Of a stretch of 64,000 bases of DNA, positions 56,151 through 64,000 are shown in pieces. Origin of the DNA: Fidelibacterota bacterium SCGC AAA003-L08 (GTDB lineage: Bacteria; Fidelibacterota; Marinisomatia; SCGC-AAA003-L08; D37C17); contig ASPJ01000001.1 of the NCBI GenBank assembly GCA_000405805.1, positions 36,591 to 100,590 on the forward strand, given 5' to 3'. Made by a program: the position numbers and the translations under genes. The notes under the pieces are model-generated. The model searched no databases, was not told the DNA's origin, and worked only from the letters and a program-made list of their open reading frames with translations. Position 1 is the first letter of the stretch. Each line of letters begins with the position of its first letter.

Positions 56151-57932
56151 TTGTTAGACATTAAACATAATATCAATAATCTTCGTAGTTGGATGGAAGA
56201 AAAAAATATAGATGCTCTGATTATTCCACATCAGGATGAATATCTATCTGAATATCTTCCTCCTCAGAATGAAAGATTACATTGGGCAACTGGATTTACT
56301 GGATCTGCTGGTATTGCTATTGTAGGTAAAGACAAAGCTAGTATTTTTGTTGATGGAAGATATACAGTCCAAGTTCAGGAACAGGTTGATAAAGATATTT
56401 TTGAGATACTCCATATCACTGATAATCCTTATATGGATTGGATTAAGGATAATTTTTCTAAAGATTCAAAAATTGGATATGATCCAAAATTAAATACTCC
56501 AGTATGGCTGGATTATGCTTCAAAAAAACTAGAAAATTATAATCTTACATCTTTGGATGAAAATCCAATTGATTTATTATGGAATAATCGTCCATCATCT
56601 AAAGTTGATAAAGCATTATTGCTATCTGAAAATTATACGGGTGAATCAAGTGAATCAAAAAGAAATAAAATTGCAGAGAAAATAAAATCAAGTGGAAATG
56701 ATTGTGCATTTATATCAAAATTAGATTCTATAATGTGGTTATTAAATATTAGAGGCAATGATATTCCCTGTAATCCAGTTTTACTTTGTTCTGGGATAAT
56801 TCATTCTGATTCATCATTTGATTTATATATTGATTTAAATAAAATTCCAATGGGACTTGATAGCCATGTAGGCGAGAATGTTAGAATTCATGATTTAGAT
56901 ACATTTAATGATATTAAGAATAAAGATGAGAATAAAAAAATTATGTTTGATAATAATTCAAGCAATCTTTGGAGCTATAATATTTTTAAATTAGCAGGTT
57001 ACGAAACTATTAAAAGTCAAGATCCATGCTCTCTACCAAAGGCATGTAAAAATGATGTTGAAATAAATGGCATGAAAGACTGCCATGTTCGTGATGGAGT
57101 TGCAGTATCAAAATTTTTATACTGGATAGATCAGCAAGTAGCTTCTGATAATTTAATAGATGAAGAAGAATTAGCATCTAAACTAGATTCACTTCGTTCA
57201 GAACAAGATCTTTTTAAAGGGCTTAGTTTTGGAACAATATCAGCTGCAGGAAGTAATGCAGCTATGTGTCATTATAGCCATAAAAATAGTAAAATCCCTG
57301 GGAAATTAGAAATGGGTTCAATTTATTTGGTAGATAGTGGTGGTCAATACTTAGATGGAACAACAGATATAACTAGAACTGTTGCTATTGGGGATGTATC
57401 AGATGAGATTAAAAGATCATTCACATTAGTTTTGAAAGGCCATATATCGCTTGGATCTGTAATTTTTCCAAAAGGTACTTCAGGTCATCAATTAGATTCA
57501 CTTGCTAGACAATATCTATGGGAATATGGACTTGACTATGATCATGGCACTGGCCATGGTGTAGGCCATTTCTTAAATGTACATGAAGGACCTCAGGGTG
57601 TTGGAAAAGGAGGAAGTAATGTCCCCCTTGAAAATGGGATGGTAATATCTAATGAACCTGGATATTATTTAGAAAATCAGTATGGAATTCGATGTGAAAA
57701 TTTAGTGTTTGTTAAAAAACATGAAAATAAAAACAGAGGTTCATTTTTTGAATTTGAAGATTTAACTATGGCTCCATTTGATAAAAGACTATTTGACAGG
57801 GACCTTCTCACTGATTCAGATATTATCTGGATAAATAATTATCATGAGAAAGTATATAATAGCGTTTCTAAAGATTTAGATAATCAGGAAGAAATAGACT
57901 GGCTAAAGCAGGCAACCAGTCCAATTCATTAG
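56151..57932 (+). CDS. pepP: Xaa-Pro aminopeptidase (M24B, three-domain aminopeptidase P type)
   Basis: 593 aa with a TTG start and creatinase-like N-domains. The metal-ligand motifs are YLVDSGGQYLDGTTDITRT, HGTGHGVGHFLNVHEGP, SNEPGYY and RCEN. Confidence 0.85.
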   Translation: MLDIKHNINNLRSWMEEKNIDALIIPHQDEYLSEYLPPQNERLHWATGFTGSAGIAIVGKDKASIFVDGRYTVQVQEQVDKDIFEILHITDNPYMDWIKDNFSKDSKIGYDPKLNTPVWLDYASKKLENYNLTSLDENPIDLLWNNRPSSKVDKALLLSENYTGESSESKRNKIAEKIKSSGNDCAFISKLDSIMWLLNIRGNDIPCNPVLLCSGIIHSDSSFDLYIDLNKIPMGLDSHVGENVRIHDLDTFNDIKNKDENKKIMFDNNSSNLWSYNIFKLAGYETIKSQDPCSLPKACKNDVEINGMKDCHVRDGVAVSKFLYWIDQQVASDNLIDEEELASKLDSLRSEQDLFKGLSFGTISAAGSNAAMCHYSHKNSKIPGKLEMGSIYLVDSGGQYLDGTTDITRTVAIGDVSDEIKRSFTLVLKGHISLGSVIFPKGTSGHQLDSLARQYLWEYGLDYDHGTGHGVGHFLNVHEGPQGVGKGGSNVPLENGMVISNEPGYYLENQYGIRCENLVFVKKHENKNRGSFFEFEDLTMAPFDKRLFDRDLLTDSDIIWINNYHEKVYNSVSKDLDNQEEIDWLKQATSPIH

Positions 57933-58162
57933 TTTTTTTTCTTAAGAATTTTCATTATATCTTTATATCCTCTAATAGTAAAAATTAAAAACATAATAAT
58001 AAATGCAATCAGTCCTAATATAAATGTTATTTGCCATAGAAATTTCCAGGTCATGATATAATATCTTGTATCAGTAGTATTGTTTATTCCATTATATAAT
58101 GAAAGAAGTAATGGAAAACTCATTATTACAAAGAATATATTCTCTAAAATATTTTTATTCAT
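57929..58162 (-). CDS. small two-TM membrane protein translationally coupled to the upstream symporter gene
   Basis: The ORF track gives 57929-58198. The internal ATG at 58162 overlaps the symporter stop by 8 nt and removes a non-hydrophobic leader. The helices are IFFVIMSFPLLLSLY and ITFILGLIAFIIMFLIFTI. Confidence 0.4.
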   Translation of the reverse strand: MNKNILENIFFVIMSFPLLLSLYNGINNTTDTRYYIMTWKFLWQITFILGLIAFIIMFLIFTIRGYKDIMKILKKKN

Positions 58163-59594
58163 GGGCTTCTTTTTTTGGGAAAACAATAGATCCTGCAATC
58201 ATCATGAATATAGTAATGAATAAACTTAATAATCCTATTTCTTCCGGAGGGAGATTAATTTGAAAAGCTTTTCGAATAGGCTCTAACCCTAGTAATGCAG
58301 ATAATCCTCCTAGGAGCGCTAATATAGCTCCCATCTCAGATGCTTTTTCCCAATACAGACCTGCAATCAAGACAGTAATTGCCCCTGAAAAATAAATAGC
58401 TCCAGTAATTGACAGGTAATCCCAAATGGAATCTGTTCCTTCATAAAATAATCCCCAGTATAATATATACAGCCCCAATATAACAATAATGAAACGGCTA
58501 ATATTTATTTTGGTTATAGAAGATAAGTTTTTCTTAGTCAGAGGGTCAATGATGTCATTGGTAATAATAGTACTCCAGCATAATAAATAGCTATCATGGG
58601 TACTCATAAACGCAGACAGCATCCCAGCAGTTACCAGGCCTAATAAACCTATGGGAAGAATTTCACGTAGATAATTAGGCATCAAAATAAGTTTATCTGT
58701 TCCAGAATCTGGATTAAGATAAATAACAGCACATATTCCAATAAAACATGGAATCATGAATCTTATTAAGAATGATATAGATGACCAAATATATTGTTTT
58801 TTTACTATTTCAGAATTTTCCATGGTGAGAGCTCTTGTAATTGCAGTAGGCCATACAACAGCACTTACGAATGCTAGAATCATTTGCCATATAACATATG
58901 GAGATCCTCTAGATAATAATGGATTATATGATTTATCTGGAAATTTCGAGATACTATCAAAAATCTTATTCCATCCAATTTCTGAAATAGAATAGAATAC
59001 ACAGAATATTAATCCAAGAGATAAAACAACAAATTGGAAATAATCAGTAATAATAACAGAAAGCATTCCACCCATCATGGTATATATAAGCACTATAATA
59101 AGCAATATAATCATAATTAATTTCAATATTTCATCATTTGCATCTAATCCAAATATTCCCTGAATAAATTTTGCTCCTACATTTAAGAAGATTCCCATAT
59201 TCAACATCCCACCGACAACTAGAAGTATAGATCCAATTAATCTTACTTTAGGCCCAAATCGTTTTTGATAATATTCCGGGATACTTTTTATATTGAAATT
59301 TCTTAACTTGACAATTACAAAACCGCTCAGTCCTACTGCGAGGGTTACAATAAATCCCATTAACCCAATATGAAAAGCTGAGAAATAATCCTTGGCACCC
59401 GTTTGCGCATTATACATAACAGTAATAAGCCCTAATTCAGTTCCCAGCATGCTTGTAACTCCTAGAGAGAGAGGTATTTTCTGATCAGCTATCATAAAAT
59501 TTGAAAAACTATTTATATGCTTACGCATTAATATGCCTACAGAAAATACCAAAGATAAATATATTATTATTATTGTTAAATCAATCCAATGCAT
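58155..59594 (-). CDS. sodium:solute symporter family (SSF) transporter
   Basis: 479 aa with ~12-13 TM helices. The SSF-like N-terminus is LTIIIIYLSLVFSVGILMRK. The overall pattern is typical of the SSS family. The substrate is not inferable. Confidence 0.7.
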   Translation of the reverse strand: MHWIDLTIIIIYLSLVFSVGILMRKHINSFSNFMIADQKIPLSLGVTSMLGTELGLITVMYNAQTGAKDYFSAFHIGLMGFIVTLAVGLSGFVIVKLRNFNIKSIPEYYQKRFGPKVRLIGSILLVVGGMLNMGIFLNVGAKFIQGIFGLDANDEILKLIMIILLIIVLIYTMMGGMLSVIITDYFQFVVLSLGLIFCVFYSISEIGWNKIFDSISKFPDKSYNPLLSRGSPYVIWQMILAFVSAVVWPTAITRALTMENSEIVKKQYIWSSISFLIRFMIPCFIGICAVIYLNPDSGTDKLILMPNYLREILPIGLLGLVTAGMLSAFMSTHDSYLLCWSTIITNDIIDPLTKKNLSSITKINISRFIIVILGLYILYWGLFYEGTDSIWDYLSITGAIYFSGAITVLIAGLYWEKASEMGAILALLGGLSALLGLEPIRKAFQINLPPEEIGLLSLFITIFMMIAGSIVFPKKEAHE

Positions 59595-59598
59595 ATCA

Positions 59599-61245
59599 CT
59601 AGTTCATATAACCAAGAGATTTAATTTTATTAATAATTTTTTCTATAAGTATTTCTGGATCTTCTTGACTTGAATCAATTGAAATATCTGGATTTTTAGG
59701 TTCTTCATAAGGATCGCTAATCCCTGTAAACTCTTTTATAATTCCTTTTCTTGCAAGTGCATATAAACCTTTAGAATCTCTTTTTTCACAGATATCTAAT
59801 GGGGTTGAGACAAATACCTCTATGTATCCACCATAATTAGATATTAACTCTTTATTAAATGTTCGGTCTGATTCATAGGGGGCAATAGGGGCACATATTG
59901 CAATGCCTCTATTTTTAGTGATTTCACTTGCAACATATCCTATTCTTTTTACATTGATAGATCGATGTTCTTTTGTAAATCCAAGTTCACTAGATAAATG
60001 TTGTCTTACTAAATCTCCATCTAAGAGTGTAACAGGGCGAGTCCCTTCTTCTAGAAATTTTGTCATTAATGCATTGGCTAAAGTAGATTTCCCTGACCCA
60101 GAAAGCCCTGTAAAAAATATAGTAAGACCTCTATTAGTTTTTTCTGGGATTGATTTCTTTAGTTCTTTTTCAATCTCAGGATAAGTAAACCATTCAGGTA
60201 GATTTTCTCCTGAATCTAATTTTTTTCTAAGGTCTGTCCCAGATATATTTAATGAGGTGAGTCCATTAGGGACTTCATCAATAGGCATATACTCATTTTT
60301 TTCTTTCACATATACCATCATCTTAAAAGGAACCATTTTAATATTTATTTTATTTTCATATTTAACTAACAAATCTTGAGCTTCATATGGACCATAGAAT
60401 GGAGTTCCATTACTATTAGATCCAGGGCCAGCATGATCCCTACCTATAATAATATGAGTACAACCATAATTTTTTCGAATCAGTGCATGCCATAGAGCTT
60501 CCCGTGGTCCTGCCATTCTCATAGATAATGGAAGTAATGATAACATAACTGACCCATCAGGATATTTTTTTATTATTTCATTATAACAACGTACTCGTGT
60601 GAAATAGTCAACATCACCAGGTTTTGTCATACCAACTACTGGATGAATTAATAAATTAGCATTATTCTCTTTTGCAGCTAAATGGGTGATTTCTACATGA
60701 GCTCTATGCATAGGGTTACGTGTCTGAAACGCAACTACTTTATCCCAACCCATTTCTAAAATTTTTTCTTTTACTTCATTCGGAGTTAATCTCAACTTCA
60801 TATAATCATAATGTTTGGGTTTTTGTATAGCTCTTATTCTTCCACCAATATACCAGTCATTAGTCTGGTTAAATAGATAGTTTACTCCTGGATGTTCTAA
60901 ACTATCAGTATTATAAACTTTTAGTGCTTCATTTTTTTTATTAGGTTGCCATTTCGATTCTATATCTAGTATTGCAATTGCAAACCCTTCTTTATCTCGC
61001 AATGTGATTGAATTATCTTGACTAATAGTATTTATAAATTCATCATCTACATCAAGGACAATTGGAATGGGCCATATAGATCCATCAGATAATTTCATGT
61101 TCTCTATAACATCATTATAATCAGATTCATTAAGGAAACCAGAAACAGGATTAAAGCTTCCATCAATGAGCATTTCTAGATCACAAATTTGTCGATCTGT
61201 CAATACCCAGTTTTTATAATTATTTGATTCAATTTTATTGTTCAT
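59599..61245 (-). CDS. sat: bifunctional sulfate adenylyltransferase (ATP sulfurylase) / adenylylsulfate kinase (PAPS synthesis)
   Basis: 548 aa. ATP-sulfurylase motifs are FQTRNPMHRAHVE, HPVVGMTKPGDVD and IIGRDHAG. The C-terminal APS kinase has P-loop FFTGLSGSGKST plus LLDGDLVR. Confidence 0.9.
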   Translation of the reverse strand: MNNKIESNNYKNWVLTDRQICDLEMLIDGSFNPVSGFLNESDYNDVIENMKLSDGSIWPIPIVLDVDDEFINTISQDNSITLRDKEGFAIAILDIESKWQPNKKNEALKVYNTDSLEHPGVNYLFNQTNDWYIGGRIRAIQKPKHYDYMKLRLTPNEVKEKILEMGWDKVVAFQTRNPMHRAHVEITHLAAKENNANLLIHPVVGMTKPGDVDYFTRVRCYNEIIKKYPDGSVMLSLLPLSMRMAGPREALWHALIRKNYGCTHIIIGRDHAGPGSNSNGTPFYGPYEAQDLLVKYENKINIKMVPFKMMVYVKEKNEYMPIDEVPNGLTSLNISGTDLRKKLDSGENLPEWFTYPEIEKELKKSIPEKTNRGLTIFFTGLSGSGKSTLANALMTKFLEEGTRPVTLLDGDLVRQHLSSELGFTKEHRSINVKRIGYVASEITKNRGIAICAPIAPYESDRTFNKELISNYGGYIEVFVSTPLDICEKRDSKGLYALARKGIIKEFTGISDPYEEPKNPDISIDSSQEDPEILIEKIINKIKSLGYMN

Positions 61246-61280
61246 AGTTCCTTCATTATTTATTAATTAGACACATGTAT

Positions 61281-62018
61281 TTAAACAAGGTTAATTTTAT
61301 ATTTTTCCATTTGTTTATAATAACCCATGCATTCATCTAACAAAGCATGAAGATTATCAGGTAATTCTTCTTTTTTTTGTTTAGGTTTAGAGAATGTAGT
61401 TGTTTCTATAACATTCTTATACCAATATTTTCCCCATATCCCATCAGAATCACGGGGGCCTTTTGGCCATTCCAACATTTGATTTAAAAAGGGAATTTCT
61501 AATAGATTACATAATTTATTCAGCATTAATTTAGGATTTTTTAATATATCTTCTGAACTAATTACTATTGGGGGTTTTTTTGTTTTCTTTATTATATAAT
61601 TCAATATATATAATTGTTGGGGGAGACCGATTAGTTCAGGAGTAACATCTTTATGAATTTTTAAGTAGGATAAAATGACTTGTTCTGGATTTCGAATTAA
61701 AAAACAATTAGTAGTATTAATCGTCCAATCTAAGGGTTGATTATCTATCCAGTGATGAGTCATTAATTTTTGATACCAGATATTTTTATTATTTGGAATA
61801 GGTCCTGTTAATACATCTGCAATATTATTCCAAGACGAATTATATTTTTCAATAACCTTTTTGTATATAGGATGTTTTATACCTGTATTTTTTAAAAAGA
61901 AGGAATAGAAAGGCTCATCAATTACAGCAGTATCAGATCTATTCTCAAAGGATCTCATCAATGCAGTAGATATATTTCGTGGTCCTGACCACATGGAGAG
62001 TCTTTTTTTATTATTCAT
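61281..62018 (-). CDS. sulfotransferase-like P-loop protein (homologous to the N-terminal domain of plant BCAT-like proteins, from recollection)
   Basis: 245 aa. Motifs: MWSGPRNISTALMRSFENRSDTAVIDEPFYSFFL, LIRNPEQVILSY, MLEWPKGP, and DGIWGKYWYKNV. It overlaps the upstream class IV aminotransferase gene by 8 nt. Confidence 0.45.
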   Translation of the reverse strand: MNNKKRLSMWSGPRNISTALMRSFENRSDTAVIDEPFYSFFLKNTGIKHPIYKKVIEKYNSSWNNIADVLTGPIPNNKNIWYQKLMTHHWIDNQPLDWTINTTNCFLIRNPEQVILSYLKIHKDVTPELIGLPQQLYILNYIIKKTKKPPIVISSEDILKNPKLMLNKLCNLLEIPFLNQMLEWPKGPRDSDGIWGKYWYKNVIETTTFSKPKQKKEELPDNLHALLDECMGYYKQMEKYKINLV

Positions 62019-62931
62019 TGTTTGAATATAATTTAGTTATTTTATTTTTATATAGATTAAAGAGTTTTTTTGTAAGAGGTCCCCTTGTACCACTACCAAT
62101 TAAATGATTATCAACATCAATAACAGGTATCACTCCAGCAAAGGTTCCAGTAACAAATGCTTCATCAGCTTCATATACATTCTCTAGCCTAAAGTTTTTT
62201 TCAACAAGATTAATATTTTTTTCTTTGCAAATTTCAATTATTTTCATTCGAGTAACACCATTTAGACAGTAGTTTCCCTTTGAGGTAATAACTTCATCAT
62301 TTTTGACTATAAAAAAGTTAGTAGAGTTGCATGTAGAAACATAACCATCTATATCTAACATAAGTCCTTCATCTACATTTTTATCAATTGCCTCCAAGCA
62401 AGCAGCTATACAATTAAATTTACTTAACGAATTAATTTTAGGATCTTGATTAGAGCCAGTTCCCCTGATGGTATCCACTGATGCAAGTTTTATTCCATTA
62501 GTATTTATTTTTTCATTTGCTATTTTATATTCAGGAATTATCACAAGGCTAATAGGTCCTACATTTGCACTTGGATGCTGATAAGGGGTAAACTTTTCTC
62601 CTCTAGATATAATAATACGCATATGTACTCCCGAGGACATTTGATTTTCTTTAATGACTTTATCTATTATATTGGTTAATTCCTCCTTTGAATAAGGGAT
62701 ATCTATATGAATTTGTTTAGCGCCATCATACAACCTTGTCAAATGCTCATTTAGAAAACATAATTTTCCATTATGAAGGCGGATACCTTCCCATACTCCA
62801 TCGCCTAATAGAAATCCACTATCAAAAACAGATATTTTTGCAGTACTTCTATTATAAATTTCTCCATTTATATAGATTTTTATATTTTTATTTCGTTCAT
62901 CTTGAATATAAGAATGAGTATTGTTTTCCAT
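62011..62931 (-). CDS. class IV (branched-chain/D-amino-acid type) PLP aminotransferase-fold enzyme
   Basis: 306 aa. Motifs: AKISVFDSGFLLGDGVWEGIRLHNGKLCFLNEHLTRLYDGAK, STNFFIVK, GVTR, and EAFVTGT. Confidence 0.75.
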   Translation of the reverse strand: MENNTHSYIQDERNKNIKIYINGEIYNRSTAKISVFDSGFLLGDGVWEGIRLHNGKLCFLNEHLTRLYDGAKQIHIDIPYSKEELTNIIDKVIKENQMSSGVHMRIIISRGEKFTPYQHPSANVGPISLVIIPEYKIANEKINTNGIKLASVDTIRGTGSNQDPKINSLSKFNCIAACLEAIDKNVDEGLMLDIDGYVSTCNSTNFFIVKNDEVITSKGNYCLNGVTRMKIIEICKEKNINLVEKNFRLENVYEADEAFVTGTFAGVIPVIDVDNHLIGSGTRGPLTKKLFNLYKNKITKLYSNNE

Positions 62932-63040
62932 AGATTTATATTAATTTTGATACTAATAAATTCCTAATAGTTAATTAATAAATCATAAATATAAATTGTG
63001 ATAGTTTGTATCAGAGATAATTAATTATGTATATTTTGAG

Positions 63041-64000
63041 ATGATAAGAATATTAATTATTATAATAATAATAAATTTTTGTTCAGCTCTTAATTATAGC
63101 GAGGACATTTCGCCAATAATATATAATAATTGCACTTCATGCCACAGGGTTAATGAAATAGGAGCATTTTTACCGTTAACTAATTATTCTGAAGTTAATG
63201 AAAATAAATATTGGATTGCTTATGCAATTGAGGGGACAGATGATCGGCACGGAGACCCAGTAATGCCTCCATGGCCACCCGACAGATCATTTAGTACATT
63301 TATTGATGAACGTTATTTAACAGATCAACAAGTTCATGATTTTCTAGATTGGATTGATTTAGGTGCTCCTCAAGGCGACCCTGTATTAGAAGCTGAAATG
63401 CCAGATTTCCCAGATGGGTCATCAATTGGAGAACCTGATGTAGTTTTTGAACTTGAAGAGCCATATTTTATTGAGGGTAATGGTGAAGATAATTATAGAT
63501 GTTTTGTTATCCCAACAGGGTTTTCTGAAGATAAAGAAATTGCAGCAATTGAATTTAGGCCAGATAATAAAGAAGCCGTACATCATTCAATAATTACTGT
63601 AGTACCATCAGGATATGCAAATAATATAGATAATGAAGATTCAGAATATGGTTATGAATGCTATGGAGGATTTAACTTAGATATATTAACACCTCTTGTT
63701 GAGGGATATGCACCTGGAATGAGAACTTCCCTTTATCCAGAGGGGATAGGAGATGTAATCCCCGCTAATTCAGATTTGATTGTACAAATGCATTATGCAC
63801 CTTTAGATACTGATCAAATAGATCAGTCATCAATTAATATATTTTTTAAAGATGAACCTATAGAAAGATATATTCAAAATCAGCAGTATGCTAATCCATT
63901 TTTTTTACTACCACCCAATGTAATAACTGAAGTTAGGGATTCAATTGAAGTTACGGCAGATGTCAGCTTGATTCAGATACTCCCTCATTCGCATTTACTT
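63041..64000 (+). CDS. secreted copper type II ascorbate-dependent monooxygenase (PHM/DBH)-like protein with N-terminal CxxCH segment; 3' end beyond window
   Basis: Not in the ORF track because there is no stop. My translation gives 320 codons without a stop: MIRILIIIIIINFCSALNYSEDISPIIYNNCTSCHRVNEIG...YRCFVIP...AVHHSIITVV...LIVQMHYAPL...ILPHSHLL. The HH, H and HxH spacing resembles the CuH/CuM ligands of PHM. Confidence 0.6.
   Translation, partial: MIRILIIIIIINFCSALNYSEDISPIIYNNCTSCHRVNEIGAFLPLTNYSEVNENKYWIAYAIEGTDDRHGDPVMPPWPPDRSFSTFIDERYLTDQQVHDFLDWIDLGAPQGDPVLEAEMPDFPDGSSIGEPDVVFELEEPYFIEGNGEDNYRCFVIPTGFSEDKEIAAIEFRPDNKEAVHHSIITVVPSGYANNIDNEDSEYGYECYGGFNLDILTPLVEGYAPGMRTSLYPEGIGDVIPANSDLIVQMHYAPLDTDQIDQSSINIFFKDEPIERYIQNQQYANPFFLLPPNVITEVRDSIEVTADVSLIQILPHSHLL

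Noticed and set aside
1-64000. CRISPR arrays, transposases, integrases, prophage or plasmid genes
   Set aside because: I found no regularly spaced direct repeats in the few intergenic regions (all under 240 nt). No ORF shows transposase, integrase, Cas or phage hallmarks. The window looks like core chromosome.

Overview
This is a visibly AT-rich window (roughly one-third G+C by eye, not computed). It is very gene-dense: about 55 protein genes and one tRNA, with many 1-10 nt gaps or start/stop overlaps, including tail-to-tail overlaps. I saw no rRNA, CRISPR array, transposase or integrase. It looks like a chromosomal segment of a streamlined diderm bacterium, based on the Kdo/LPS genes waaA and kdsC, an OmpA-like MotB and lipoprotein lipoboxes. 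The lineage cannot be fixed from the sequence; an uncultured marine FCB-group/Marinimicrobia-like organism is only a guess.

Housekeeping content:
- sdhC-like/sdhA/sdhB, preceded by a SpoVG-like gene
- ppdK (frameshifted)
- panDBC and nadBCA
- carAB and purU
- pip (frameshifted), pepC and an M24 aminopeptidase P
- typA
- waaA and kdsC
- tRNA-Glu(UUC)

Most notable observations:
1. A tight 7-gene minus-strand operon (8337-14894) encodes MotA, MotB, a shortened FliF-like ring protein and FliG, plus three secreted/lipoprotein TPR or beta-rich proteins. No other flagellar or chemotaxis gene occurs anywhere in the 64 kb. This may be a stand-alone ion-driven rotor-stator module.
2. Seven unrelated signal-peptide proteins all end in the same duplicated dockerin-like Ca-loop/helix module. 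No cohesin partner is recognisable.
3. A 5-gene operon links PAPS synthesis (sat-cysC) to a sulfotransferase-like P-loop protein, a class IV aminotransferase and a Na+/solute symporter.
4. A SpoVG-like protein carries a repeat linker and an SSB-like acidic DDLPF tip.
5. Two essential-looking genes are broken by single-A deficits in poly-A runs.
6. nadA has no canonical start codon.
7. A terminator-like hairpin sits in the carA leader.
8. A partial bacterial PHM/DBH-like copper monooxygenase lies at the window end.

All functional calls rest on by-eye motif recognition, not on database searches.
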